This document shows positions 1 to 7,990 of a stretch of DNA of 64,000 bases, piece after piece. Positions within the stretch are counted from its first letter, which is position 1. The number at the start of each line of letters is the position of its first letter. The position numbers and the translations under genes are program-made. The notes below the pieces were generated by a model. The model did not search any database. It had not been told where the DNA came from and saw nothing but the letters and a program-made list of their open reading frames with translations. The stretch is from a virus (lineage: Duplodnaviria > Caudoviricetes), in the IMG/VR virus record IMGVR_UViG_3300033066_001528, positions 59,913-123,912 of that record. The stretch is one strand, 5' to 3'.

Positions 1-445
1 GAACATTCGCCGCCCTCACGTCGTAACCCCGTGTAAGGAACCAAAACTCTTCCGCTGTTTCCGTGTCCCATCGAAAGGCACTGGACATACCCAAGACTTC
101 CCCAAATAATTCGCTGAGAACATCAAAGACCGCTTGTCGAGCCATCTCCCTAACGGCTGGAAAGTCCCCCCGGTCGAAACTCACGTCGCCCACATAGGGA
201 ACCCAGTCCGGATCCAGACCAACCCCCCCCGCCATCAAAAACTCATAATTTGGGATAGTGTTTTCTAAAATGCTCTCAAATACCTTCCCGTCCACTTTTT
301 GGGAGTTGTACATCTTCCGATAAGCGGCCTTCATCTCCCGAAGATATTTGAGCATGTGGTCGCGCACAGCCCTGGAGACTTCAGGCTCTAGGGCGGCATC
401 AACAGATGCCATGTAGGAACGGGCCACGCGCTGAGATGGAGTCAT
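1..445 (-). CDS. Hypothetical protein, truncated at the window edge; starts with an RVAxxY motif
   Basis: Manually translated open frame from ATG at 445 (MTPSQRVARSYMASVDAALEPEV...) with no stop before position 1; absent from the ORF track because it has no stop. Confidence 0.7.
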   Translation of the reverse strand, partial: MTPSQRVARSYMASVDAALEPEVSRAVRDHMLKYLREMKAAYRKMYNSQKVDGKVFESILENTIPNYEFLMAGGVGLDPDWVPYVGDVSFDRGDFPAVREMARQAVFDVLSELFGEVLGMSSAFRWDTETAEEFWFLTRGYDVRAANV

Positions 446-453
446 GTCACACC

Positions 454-475
454 GGTAAGTTATCAATAACTTACC
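454..475. promoter_or_regulatory. Palindrome between divergent genes (bidirectional late-type promoter or operator)
   Basis: GGTAAGTTAT-CA-ATAACTTACC, perfect 10-bp arms, between ATG 445 (-) and ATG 488 (+). Confidence 0.5.
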
Positions 476-487
476 AGAGAGAGAACC

Positions 488-1129
488 ATGTTCACCCCTA
501 CGAAAAATGCCCCGTTCCAACTGGCAACGGACACCATCATGTACAAACCTGGGAAGGGTAGTGGGAATGGTGACATGGATGATATCGCCAACACCCTCGG
601 ACCTAAGTCCAGGAAGGTTCTATTTTCGCGCGGGACCACCGTCACATGGAACGGCGTTCGATCTGGTGGCCTTCTCGTTGTCATCGTGAAGCTACCCCAT
701 GGCGGATCCATCGGGTGGTATGGGGTCAATGAAAAAGACCTAGAACCGCCTGTTCGGTCTCTACGATCGTCCATCATTCGTCTGGCTCACGCCAACCCTA
801 AACTCAGGGGCGACCTACTGCCGCTACTCAAAGAGGCCGCAGTGAGAAAAACCATGACCAGGGAACAGATCGAGGGCATGGGAGCCGCCGTGATCAACAA
901 GGCTTTGGACACCCTCGACAAAGAGCAGAGCAAACTCAACGGCGCCCTCATCGAGGCGGGGTTCGGGCACGTTAGGCTCCAGGAGATCATGAGGATGGAC
1001 CACCCTGTGGCCCAGCAGTATGCCGTGGTGTCGGGTCAGATCGCCCTCCTCCACGAGGAGATCGAGCGCCGCTATGGTCCCGGTGCCCCCTCCAGACTCC
1101 CACGTGGGTTTGGCCCGATCAAGCGCTGA
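488..1129 (+). CDS. Hypothetical protein with an internal copy of the shared leader motif
   Basis: 213 aa; residues 91-118 SLRSSIIRLAHANPKLRGDLLPLLKEAA. Confidence 0.8.
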   Translation: MFTPTKNAPFQLATDTIMYKPGKGSGNGDMDDIANTLGPKSRKVLFSRGTTVTWNGVRSGGLLVVIVKLPHGGSIGWYGVNEKDLEPPVRSLRSSIIRLAHANPKLRGDLLPLLKEAAVRKTMTREQIEGMGAAVINKALDTLDKEQSKLNGALIEAGFGHVRLQEIMRMDHPVAQQYAVVSGQIALLHEEIERRYGPGAPSRLPRGFGPIKR

Positions 1130-2387
1130 GAAAAGCCCTTAGCCTCTCTCGAACGGCCTCCGGATCTCGTTTGAGTTCTCCCTCCCACACCACCAGACAC
1201 TGGATGCCAATATCTGCGTAGGCATCAATGAGCTCCTGCTCGTGGTCAAATGGTGCCCTGCCCGTGAACATACGGGAGTGCCAAAAATCCCCAAATGCCT
1301 CAACTACTTTGGTCACCCCCTTCTTGGGGTTCTCCGGGTCTGGACCTGGGAGAATGAAATCAGGGTTCTTGTGGTGGTTGAGTTTTGGGAGCCATTTCCA
1401 ATAGGAAAAATCGCCAGTATATGAAAGGATTGGAGCAAGAGCGTGCAACCGTTGCTCAAACTTGTTGGGTCCATTTTTTGTGCGACCAAGCTGAAATGGA
1501 TAGGAAAAATCGGGATGGTTGAGTCTAAAGGTTGTGAGAGCTTTTTTCCAGAAACCATCGATCTGGGAAGGGAACGCCACACCATATCGCTCCATCAAAA
1601 CTGCACGAACCTCCCGTTTCCCCTCATCACTGGCAAAATAGTATTCGTTCCCGTACCTAGCTAGAACCGTGTCCAACTGGCGACGCCTCACACCTGGGTC
1701 CTGGTTCGTCCAATCAACACCATATCGGGCAAGGTTGGTCTGGCGAATGCGTTCAACCACTTCAGGGGTGCGAGCGGGTTCCGTGGTGCCGTACCGGGCA
1801 AGATTGGTGTTGTTGACCTTCTCCCGAATAGTTGGGGAGCGCATGAGCTCTCCCCCATACCTATCCGTAGTAGTCTCCCGAGTGCGCTCTCGGATCTCTG
1901 GTACCTGTTGAGGGTTCTCCGCTCCGTACTTGGCAACCATGGACTGACGGACCTTCTCCTGGACTTCCGGGCGGGAGAATGGATTGTCGCTACCTTTGAG
2001 GATTGGACGCTTCCCTTCGAGGGAGTCTTGAACCTTCTGGAAAGTGCTAGCTCCCTTGGCAAACGGGTTCTCCGCCCCATAACGCTGAAGGTTGGTTGCC
2101 TTGCGACGTTCAACAACCTCGGGCGCATGGGTTGGGTCCTCAACCCCATATCGGACCAGTGAAGTGGCAGACCGCTTGGCCAGAGACTCTGCCTTAGCCG
2201 TTTCAGGGTCGCGAGATTGCCACAGGGAGCAATCTCGTTTGTGGCGTTTCATCTGAGTCCCAGAGGTGGAAATGTGACCACAAACACACGGATCGGGCGA
2301 TAGCGCCTTTGGCCACCCAGGACAGATGGCCTTGTGTCTGGAGGTGATGGAAGGGAGGGGTTTCTGGCAGTGTGGGCAGAGGATCAT
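1119..2387 (-). CDS. Putative free-standing homing endonuclease (Zn-finger N-terminus, RYG repeats, Vsr/DUF559-like nuclease C-terminus)
   Basis: CPHC...HKAIC and CVCG...HKRDC; repeated T(N)LxRYGxxxP units; C-terminal NPDF...VVEAFGDFWH...LVVWE. Confidence 0.75.
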   Translation of the reverse strand: MILCPHCQKPLPSITSRHKAICPGWPKALSPDPCVCGHISTSGTQMKRHKRDCSLWQSRDPETAKAESLAKRSATSLVRYGVEDPTHAPEVVERRKATNLQRYGAENPFAKGASTFQKVQDSLEGKRPILKGSDNPFSRPEVQEKVRQSMVAKYGAENPQQVPEIRERTRETTTDRYGGELMRSPTIREKVNNTNLARYGTTEPARTPEVVERIRQTNLARYGVDWTNQDPGVRRRQLDTVLARYGNEYYFASDEGKREVRAVLMERYGVAFPSQIDGFWKKALTTFRLNHPDFSYPFQLGRTKNGPNKFEQRLHALAPILSYTGDFSYWKWLPKLNHHKNPDFILPGPDPENPKKGVTKVVEAFGDFWHSRMFTGRAPFDHEQELIDAYADIGIQCLVVWEGELKRDPEAVRERLRAFLSA

Positions 2388-2407
2388 ATCCCCGTTACGC
2401 CAAAACC

Positions 2408-2440
2408 GTAGACAGAGGGGGATGTGACCCCTCTGCCTAC
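2408..2440 (-). terminator. Probable intrinsic terminator
   Basis: 13-bp stem (one G-U pair on the minus-strand RNA), 7-nt loop, followed by GGTTTT, just after the stop at 2448. Confidence 0.55.
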
Positions 2441-2447
2441 AGAGAGG

Positions 2448-3347
2448 TCAAACGAACCCCCTCGGGCTGGTCACACCCCGGCCCACAGCGGGACCGAAGG
2501 CTGAGCGAACACCCATTCCATAGCGGGACTGCTGAAGACCTCTTGTGAACTTCGTGGTAGCCAGCTTGGCCTCACCAGCTTTTTCCACTTGACTCTCGGC
2601 ACTTTGTCTGAGCTGCTCGTACTTGGATGATCGCTCAAGAGATAGAGATATCCCACCAATAGAGTAATCGAACTCATCCACCACCCAATTTGCGGACAGT
2701 GCGAAAGTAGCATGAACAATGGCCTGCCACAAGACAGCAGTTCTCCATTCGGGTTTCTCAATCACAAGCTGGTCGATTGTTCTCAAACCAGACGTGTTGG
2801 GTGGAAGCATGTTCCACCAGTTCAGAGCCATCTCCAGGTATTCGGCAAACTCGGCGTCTTCCCATACCTGACCAAACACCCGGTTATAGGCACCAATATT
2901 ACCCTCAGCCTCGGGGGGGCGAAAGTGGTAGAATTTATCAGGGCAATTTCCCAGAACCCACCCCGTACCCTGGCATTTGAATCGGTGCCAATCTTCAACC
3001 GTGATATCGTACATGAACTGCCGGTGCGGCAGTTCAACCACGGACAGAACGGGTATGTAGAGAACGGAGTCCCCAGCTACTGTGAGAATCATGTCCCCCG
3101 GTTTGAGGCTCTCAGCTTGTACCTTGTCACCTTGACCCAACCCAAAGTATACGGGGTGACCACCTGTGAGGACAACCGCCCCAACCGAGCTGGTTACGGA
3201 AAGAATTGTCTCCCATGGGACTTCGTTCCTGAAGGTCTTCAGAATTCGCTTCCACACCACATCCCCCGTGGGGGAGACAGACTGAACGGTCAAATTCCCT
3301 TTAAGGTAGGTGTTTCGGATTTTCTCTCGTTGTTCGCTAGTTAGCAT
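2448..3347 (-). CDS. C-terminal half of a split virion protein (putative head-completion/neck protein) preceded by the split-intein IntC
   Basis: Likely start MLTSEQ at 3347 overlaps the upstream stop; intein block B (LTGGHP), block F (MYDITVEDWHRF) and GN|C splice junction, then CPDKFYHFRPPE... Confidence 0.8.
   Translation of the reverse strand: MLTSEQREKIRNTYLKGNLTVQSVSPTGDVVWKRILKTFRNEVPWETILSVTSSVGAVVLTGGHPVYFGLGQGDKVQAESLKPGDMILTVAGDSVLYIPVLSVVELPHRQFMYDITVEDWHRFKCQGTGWVLGNCPDKFYHFRPPEAEGNIGAYNRVFGQVWEDAEFAEYLEMALNWWNMLPPNTSGLRTIDQLVIEKPEWRTAVLWQAIVHATFALSANWVVDEFDYSIGGISLSLERSSKYEQLRQSAESQVEKAGEAKLATTKFTRGLQQSRYGMGVRSAFGPAVGRGVTSPRGFV
2946..3347 (-). mobile_element. Split intein C-fragment (IntC, 134 aa)
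   Basis: TxxH block B, YDITV block F, terminal Asn followed by Cys+1; lacks block A. Confidence 0.85.
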
Positions 3348-4240
3348 TCCAGATCCTTTTCGGTCCACACTTCAAAGGACCATCCCTGAGAGGCAGAATA
3401 GTCTCTAGCTACACGGAGGCGGTTTTGTTCCTTGCTGTCCCCCGGCAACCCCAACACCCACGCGGATTTGACTTCCACCAGGGTCACTATCCCACCCTCT
3501 CTCAAAGCGATGAAATCGGGAAGCATCCATTTACCGTTGGGTAGGCAAATACGGCGTTCGTACTCATAGAGCAAAACGGTCGCGTCCGCCTCCAGTTTGG
3601 CAACTGCTTTCACCTCGTAGCTACTACGAACAAAAACGCGGCCCGTTGTGCCTTTGGGGGTGTCAACCCATTGAGATTTTCCGCGGGCGTACTTTTCAGG
3701 ATTGGCCCTCATTCGGAGCGTTTGCGACTCCGATCGCTTTTGTCTTTGCTCAGTGGATCGGTGGAAAGAAAGGAGTCTGTCCCGAACTGCAGTGTCAGAC
3801 CAGAGGTTCTTCGAATGTACACCAGCCCGCTGTCTGTGATCCTCCGTCCAGGACTCACGAAGGTGTTGTTTCTGGGCATCCGTCAATTTCCGGCCTTTGA
3901 AGAAATCAAACACACCGGACTCCCACTGGCGTTCAAGTTGACCCGGACGTTTTTTGCCTTTCCAGGAGGTGCCGACATTCTTTCCGACACGCCTCACGGT
4001 AAACCTGGATGCTGGGTTCCACATGGCGTCTGTAAGCCTTTGGATGCCCCCCTGGCTCAAACCCGTGATCGCAAGCATGTCGGCCCAGGACGTACCCCGT
4101 TCGTGGAGTTCGGTCACTATGGCCTTCCTCGCCTTCACGATGAACTCGGAAACCTCCTTTGGAAGACGCCCCCTCCGGGCGAAATCATTGGGTGTGATGT
4201 TGTGTTTTTCGAGAAGTGGGAGAAGGTCTGGGTGGATCAC
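3341..4240 (-). CDS. Free-standing endonuclease (HTH, basic NUMOD-like region, TnsA-like PD-(D/E)XK domain) between the split-intein halves
   Basis: RSSYE...YEYE...LPDF...LVEVK motif; N-terminal HTH (SWADMLAITGLSQGGIQRL). Confidence 0.8.
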   Translation of the reverse strand: MIHPDLLPLLEKHNITPNDFARRGRLPKEVSEFIVKARKAIVTELHERGTSWADMLAITGLSQGGIQRLTDAMWNPASRFTVRRVGKNVGTSWKGKKRPGQLERQWESGVFDFFKGRKLTDAQKQHLRESWTEDHRQRAGVHSKNLWSDTAVRDRLLSFHRSTEQRQKRSESQTLRMRANPEKYARGKSQWVDTPKGTTGRVFVRSSYEVKAVAKLEADATVLLYEYERRICLPNGKWMLPDFIALREGGIVTLVEVKSAWVLGLPGDSKEQNRLRVARDYSASQGWSFEVWTEKDLEC

Positions 4241-4246
4241 GGAAGG

Positions 4247-4747
4247 TCACTCCGTAGGACAATCTTTGAGGATGTCATGTAGCTCTTCCAGGCTTACCAC
4301 AATCCGCTCCCCACCAGCGTCTACCTCGATCGTCTCTTCCCCCCCAACACACTGATCCCTAAGTAGAACCCGAAGCTTGTTAATCATCCCCTGAACGTTA
4401 GGTGAGTAGACCACGGGAACAACACCTGGGGACCTAACGGACCACTCCTGTACCACAACCGAAACAGGAGCACCAGCAGTCTGGGTGATAGACCAACGAA
4501 TACGATAGGCCCCAACAGTAGCAGAAGGGGGTACTTGCAGAGAGGCGTAGTATTCCCCAATCTGAGGATTGACCGGAACACGAGCCGAAGGACCAATCAG
4601 AACTTCCGTCTCCGGTGGACCTGGATCCACGTAGTAAATAGCGTAGGTTACGGAATAAGCATTTGCGGCAAACCCCCCACCATCCACAAGGTAAAGGTCA
4701 AGGTCACCTTGACTGATAGTCTGCCCTGGTGTGAATGAAGTAGTCAT
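4247..4747 (-). CDS. N-terminal half of a split virion protein ending in the split-intein IntN
   Basis: Beta-rich Ig-like N-terminal region, then ...KLRVLLRDQ|CVGGEETIEV (intein block A) and a stop 34 aa later. Confidence 0.8.
   Translation of the reverse strand: MTTSFTPGQTISQGDLDLYLVDGGGFAANAYSVTYAIYYVDPGPPETEVLIGPSARVPVNPQIGEYYASLQVPPSATVGAYRIRWSITQTAGAPVSVVVQEWSVRSPGVVPVVYSPNVQGMINKLRVLLRDQCVGGEETIEVDAGGERIVVSLEELHDILKDCPTE
4250..4351 (-). mobile_element. Split intein N-fragment (IntN, 34 aa)
   Basis: CVGGEETIEVDAGGERIVVSLEELHDILKDCPTE: Cys1, block-A pattern and (S)LEEL motif; strongly acidic. Confidence 0.8.
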
Positions 4748-4835
4748 CTATAATCGTGAGGAATATAGGGCTAACCGTGCAAGAGAACCGAGAAGTCTTG
4801 CACCAAAGCCTTCAACTTCTCAGAGGGCGGTACCA

Positions 4836-5126
4836 CTAGTCTTTCTGCGTGACATATTTGAGAAGGTCCCTCAGCCGACCCTCAAGAGCCTCTGACTCCC
4901 CAATTGCTCTTTCTACCACGCTCGCCCCAACAATCCCACCTAAAAGTTTCTGGTCTTCCTTGAGGGATTTTGTGGTCTTTTCTTGATTGGATAGTGCCTT
5001 TTGTGCTGCTCCCTTTGCTTTAGCAAAGTCACTATCCACTGCTTCTTTAAGCAATGGGAGGAGATCCTTGCGGAGCTCAGGATTAGTGTGGGCCAGTTTG
5101 ATGATCGATGAGCGTAGGGATGACAT
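4836..5126 (-). CDS. Small helical protein with the shared N-terminal leader
   Basis: MSSLRSSIIKLAHTNPELRKDLLPLLKEA followed by a coiled-coil-like body. Confidence 0.8.
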   Translation of the reverse strand: MSSLRSSIIKLAHTNPELRKDLLPLLKEAVDSDFAKAKGAAQKALSNQEKTTKSLKEDQKLLGGIVGASVVERAIGESEALEGRLRDLLKYVTQKD

Positions 5127-5150
5127 ACCTACACTGAGAATAAAAAGTAT

Positions 5151-5387
5151 CTATCGAAGAAGGCCCTTCATTGACCTAACCTCTTTAGCATAAGGATAGG
5201 CCGGAACACGAGCTACCCCACCGTAGAAACCCTGCTTAAGGTCATGGATATTGGTTACGGGCTCGAAATTGAAAAAGCTCTTGCCCGTTGTGTCTTTGGT
5301 GACTCCCCGAAAGGGAACGTTGGCTACCGACAGGTAGGCCGCATAATAGGGGTCACTAGTGGTGTAGTAAGCACTCACAGTAACCAA
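5151..5387 (-). CDS. Small phage protein (DUF5659-like)
   Basis: YYTTSDPYYAAYL...FFNF...FY pattern recalled from the DUF5659 family. Confidence 0.5.
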   Translation of the reverse strand: MVTVSAYYTTSDPYYAAYLSVANVPFRGVTKDTTGKSFFNFEPVTNIHDLKQGFYGGVARVPAYPYAKEVRSMKGLLR

Positions 5388-5390
5388 CCT

Positions 5391-5711
5391 TTACAAATTC
5401 CCCCGCATAGCTCTTTTCAACTCAGATCGGAAGGCATCCCATATAGCCATGAGAGACTCGGAATCCCTGGTGCCCAAAGATGCATTTCGGGAGATGATTT
5501 TCGAAATCTTGTCATGTGCTTCTCGTACAGAGGATGCGGCGGCCAGGATCTCTACTGTGATCTGATGTGTGACATCCTCATGACCAACGTACAACAAGAA
5601 AGGGTTGTCATCTTCAAAACCACCAGTCTTTGTGAGCATTGGAAGAAGATGGGGTCTAAGAATTGGGCTGGTATGAGCCAATCGGATCAACTTTGAGCGC
5701 AAGGAGGACAT
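5391..5711 (-). CDS. Small protein with the shared N-terminal leader
   Basis: Start refined to ATG 5711: MSSLRSKLIRLAHTSPILRPHLLPMLTKTG. Confidence 0.8.
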   Translation of the reverse strand: MSSLRSKLIRLAHTSPILRPHLLPMLTKTGGFEDDNPFLLYVGHEDVTHQITVEILAAASSVREAHDKISKIISRNASLGTRDSESLMAIWDAFRSELKRAMRGNL

Positions 5712-5734
5712 ACCCAAAGGACACAAACAACAGG

Positions 5735-5950
5735 TTATCGAACGGAGTTGACTAGTGGGGGGATGCGATTAACAAAAGAAGAGAGGTCTTCCCCTTTTTT
5801 CTGCTGATAGGAGGAGGTAAGAATGTGGCAAAACATCCAACGGTTAAACTCCGGGTCCAAATCGCCATCCTCTTCAGTCACGGCATCCCCCAAAGCATCC
5901 CAAAATCTTTTAGCTGCTTTGAAGTCTTTGAAGATATGATCTCCGGGCAT
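5735..5950 (-). CDS. Hypothetical protein
   Basis: 71-aa ORF filling the gap, co-oriented with its neighbours. Confidence 0.5.
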   Translation of the reverse strand: MPGDHIFKDFKAAKRFWDALGDAVTEEDGDLDPEFNRWMFCHILTSSYQQKKGEDLSSFVNRIPPLVNSVR

Positions 5951-6066
5951 AGGATCCGATGGATCCGTAGATAGGCCGGATTTGGAGACTATGTCTCGTA
6001 GGTCAAGGGGTGATTCTAAGATGGAATTAGGGGAAGGGCGGAAGGTCGGAAGGGCGGAAACTTAAA

Positions 6067-6768
6067 TCAGAGAACGGAACCCGTATCGCTATAGACCACT
6101 AGGGCAGCACCCGTGGTATCCCGATAGGTAAAAGAGGATGAAGTGAACCCATTAAGCTGACCTTGGGCCAAACTAATGTAAAAGCTAGAGTCCATCGCCA
6201 ACACATCGGTAAAGGTGTTGAAGTTGAAGTTAGCAGCGTTCCAAGCAGCCGCGCTGCTTTGGGGAGTAAACACAGTGCTGGTGTTCTGAATCACGGATCC
6301 GGAAGGAACCGTGTAGGTAGCACCGGCAAGAATGCGAAGGACATCCGAAACGGCACCAGTCGAAGCGGATCCGCCAAGGGAATTAAGCTCGGTGCCCGCA
6401 CCCGCAGCGGCAACCAGAATTGTGTTGATATCCGCAAGGGTAAGGTCCGATCCGGCCCTCATTGCGGTGATAAGAGCGGCGGCGGCAGTGTCAGCCTGGG
6501 TAGGTGTCATCGCAGCACCACCGGCCCCATCCTGCTGAACGTTGGCAAGAAGATATGCGGCCAAACCAGAGTAAGCGGCAGCAAACTGCCGCTGGGCACC
6601 ACCCGTTGAGGTCAACACAACGGTTGACGTGTTAGGGGCGTTGCAGTACCTAGGGCCCTGAGGCTTGGGGTCTACAACGGCATTGGCCTGGGTTTTGTTG
6701 GGCCAAAAGTCCGTAACCTGAAGGGTTCCGTTAGGGATATCCGTACGTCGAAGACAAATAAATGGCAT
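6067..6768 (-). CDS. Putative virion structural protein
   Basis: Ala/Gly/Thr/Ser-rich, low charge; start refined to MPFICLRR (6768) after AGAAGG. Confidence 0.65.
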   Translation of the reverse strand: MPFICLRRTDIPNGTLQVTDFWPNKTQANAVVDPKPQGPRYCNAPNTSTVVLTSTGGAQRQFAAAYSGLAAYLLANVQQDGAGGAAMTPTQADTAAAALITAMRAGSDLTLADINTILVAAAGAGTELNSLGGSASTGAVSDVLRILAGATYTVPSGSVIQNTSTVFTPQSSAAAWNAANFNFNTFTDVLAMDSSFYISLAQGQLNGFTSSSFTYRDTTGAALVVYSDTGSVL

Positions 6769-6851
6769 GTTGAACCTTCTGTTCTTACAAGGACCAGGAC
6801 ATCCGGTCCCATCACACAAAAGGGCTGAGGGATAGAGAAGGTATTGAGCCG

Positions 6852-7601
6852 TCAGGCGCTATTGATTACGGAAGCTCGAACTGTAAACCATGGGTTCCCG
6901 TTAGGACAAGCCACAAACAACTCCGGGCTCCCACCACCATTCAAAGACATTTCCTGGTTAGGAAGAAGAACCGAGGGTGCCATCCCAGGATGAAGTGAAA
7001 AGAATAAAGGAAGAGTAGAGCTCAGGTTAACAATGGAGATTGTTGATAGATAGCCCGGCAAAAGGAAATTCATAACCTCCGGGGGCATGATATCCGGAAT
7101 GTTAGAGGGGAAAGCTCCTATTGCTAGGTTGGGGGCCTTCCCCGTAAGGGTGATAACGGGACCCCGAGTCGTGAAAAAGTCATAGGGTGGAAGCACCATT
7201 ATGGGACCTTCCGACAGGTATGCAGCGCCAGCATCGTTATACCGCTGGATCCTCAAAAACGCCACGTTGTCATCCGAAGGAAGATAGGATGCTACGGCCG
7301 AATTGGGAGTTGAATAATCATCGGGATCGTATACAACACGAGACAGATTGGTATTGCTCTCATCAACGGCTGGAAGCTTCCGGCTTAGGACGCTAGGAGA
7401 TCGGAAAGTAGCGCCGGACATTACTTCAAACATCGAAATAGTGCCAAAACCACCAACGCCCGCTACGTTCCCATAGGCATCGTTGATACGAGCGGCTCCA
7501 TTCACCCTGAATTTGGAGCTACCTGGAACCACAGGGAAAGTCATGTTCACCATATTTGGTGACCTATATTGAATGGAAGGGAAATCTCTCTGACGGGTCA
7601 T
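6852..7601 (-). CDS. Putative virion structural protein
   Basis: 249 aa, Pro-rich and beta-rich; start overlaps the upstream stop. Confidence 0.6.
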   Translation of the reverse strand: MTRQRDFPSIQYRSPNMVNMTFPVVPGSSKFRVNGAARINDAYGNVAGVGGFGTISMFEVMSGATFRSPSVLSRKLPAVDESNTNLSRVVYDPDDYSTPNSAVASYLPSDDNVAFLRIQRYNDAGAAYLSEGPIMVLPPYDFFTTRGPVITLTGKAPNLAIGAFPSNIPDIMPPEVMNFLLPGYLSTISIVNLSSTLPLFFSLHPGMAPSVLLPNQEMSLNGGGSPELFVACPNGNPWFTVRASVINSA

Positions 7602-7978
7602 GCTTTCTTCTCTTCTCTGATCTTAGCTTCGTAGCTAGTCGTGTCTTTGCCTTTGGAAGCGGCAAGTTTTTTTGCTTCAGACCAGGAGTCAACCCTTTCA
7701 CCATCCACATTCGGGGCAAGTCTCACACCCGGGGCTTCTCGCTTCAATTGATCCTGACGTATAGAAGCTTTCCTGTTTCTTTCCGCCATCTGGGATTTTA
7801 TGCGAAGATTTTTCCCAACCCAATCATCACCCTTAAGGATGAAGCTTGGCATGGATATGATCCGACCCGCCGGATGACCGCATAGTCCGCACTCTTGAGG
7901 GCTATGGGATTCCGACATAGGGAGCCTAAGTTCGAATTGGTTAGAGCACTTCTGGCACAAAAACTCATAGGTTGGCAT
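7598..7978 (-). CDS. FmdB-family zinc-ribbon protein
   Basis: MPTYEFLCQKC...FE...CGLCG...RIIS...F.LKG.DW is the FmdB signature. Confidence 0.85.
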   Translation of the reverse strand: MPTYEFLCQKCSNQFELRLPMSESHSPQECGLCGHPAGRIISMPSFILKGDDWVGKNLRIKSQMAERNRKASIRQDQLKREAPGVRLAPNVDGERVDSWSEAKKLAASKGKDTTSYEAKIREEKKA

Positions 7979-7990
7979 GGTTTATACCCC

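Noticed and set aside
4202-4240. MIHPDLLPLLEKH at the endonuclease N-terminus resembles the end of the shared leader
   Set aside because: Only DLLPLL matches and the LRS..I.LAH.NP half is missing, so it was not counted as a ninth copy.
6031-6059. GGAAGGGC-like 8-mer repeated about three times
   Set aside because: Too short and has no spacers; not a CRISPR array or a convincing iteron set.
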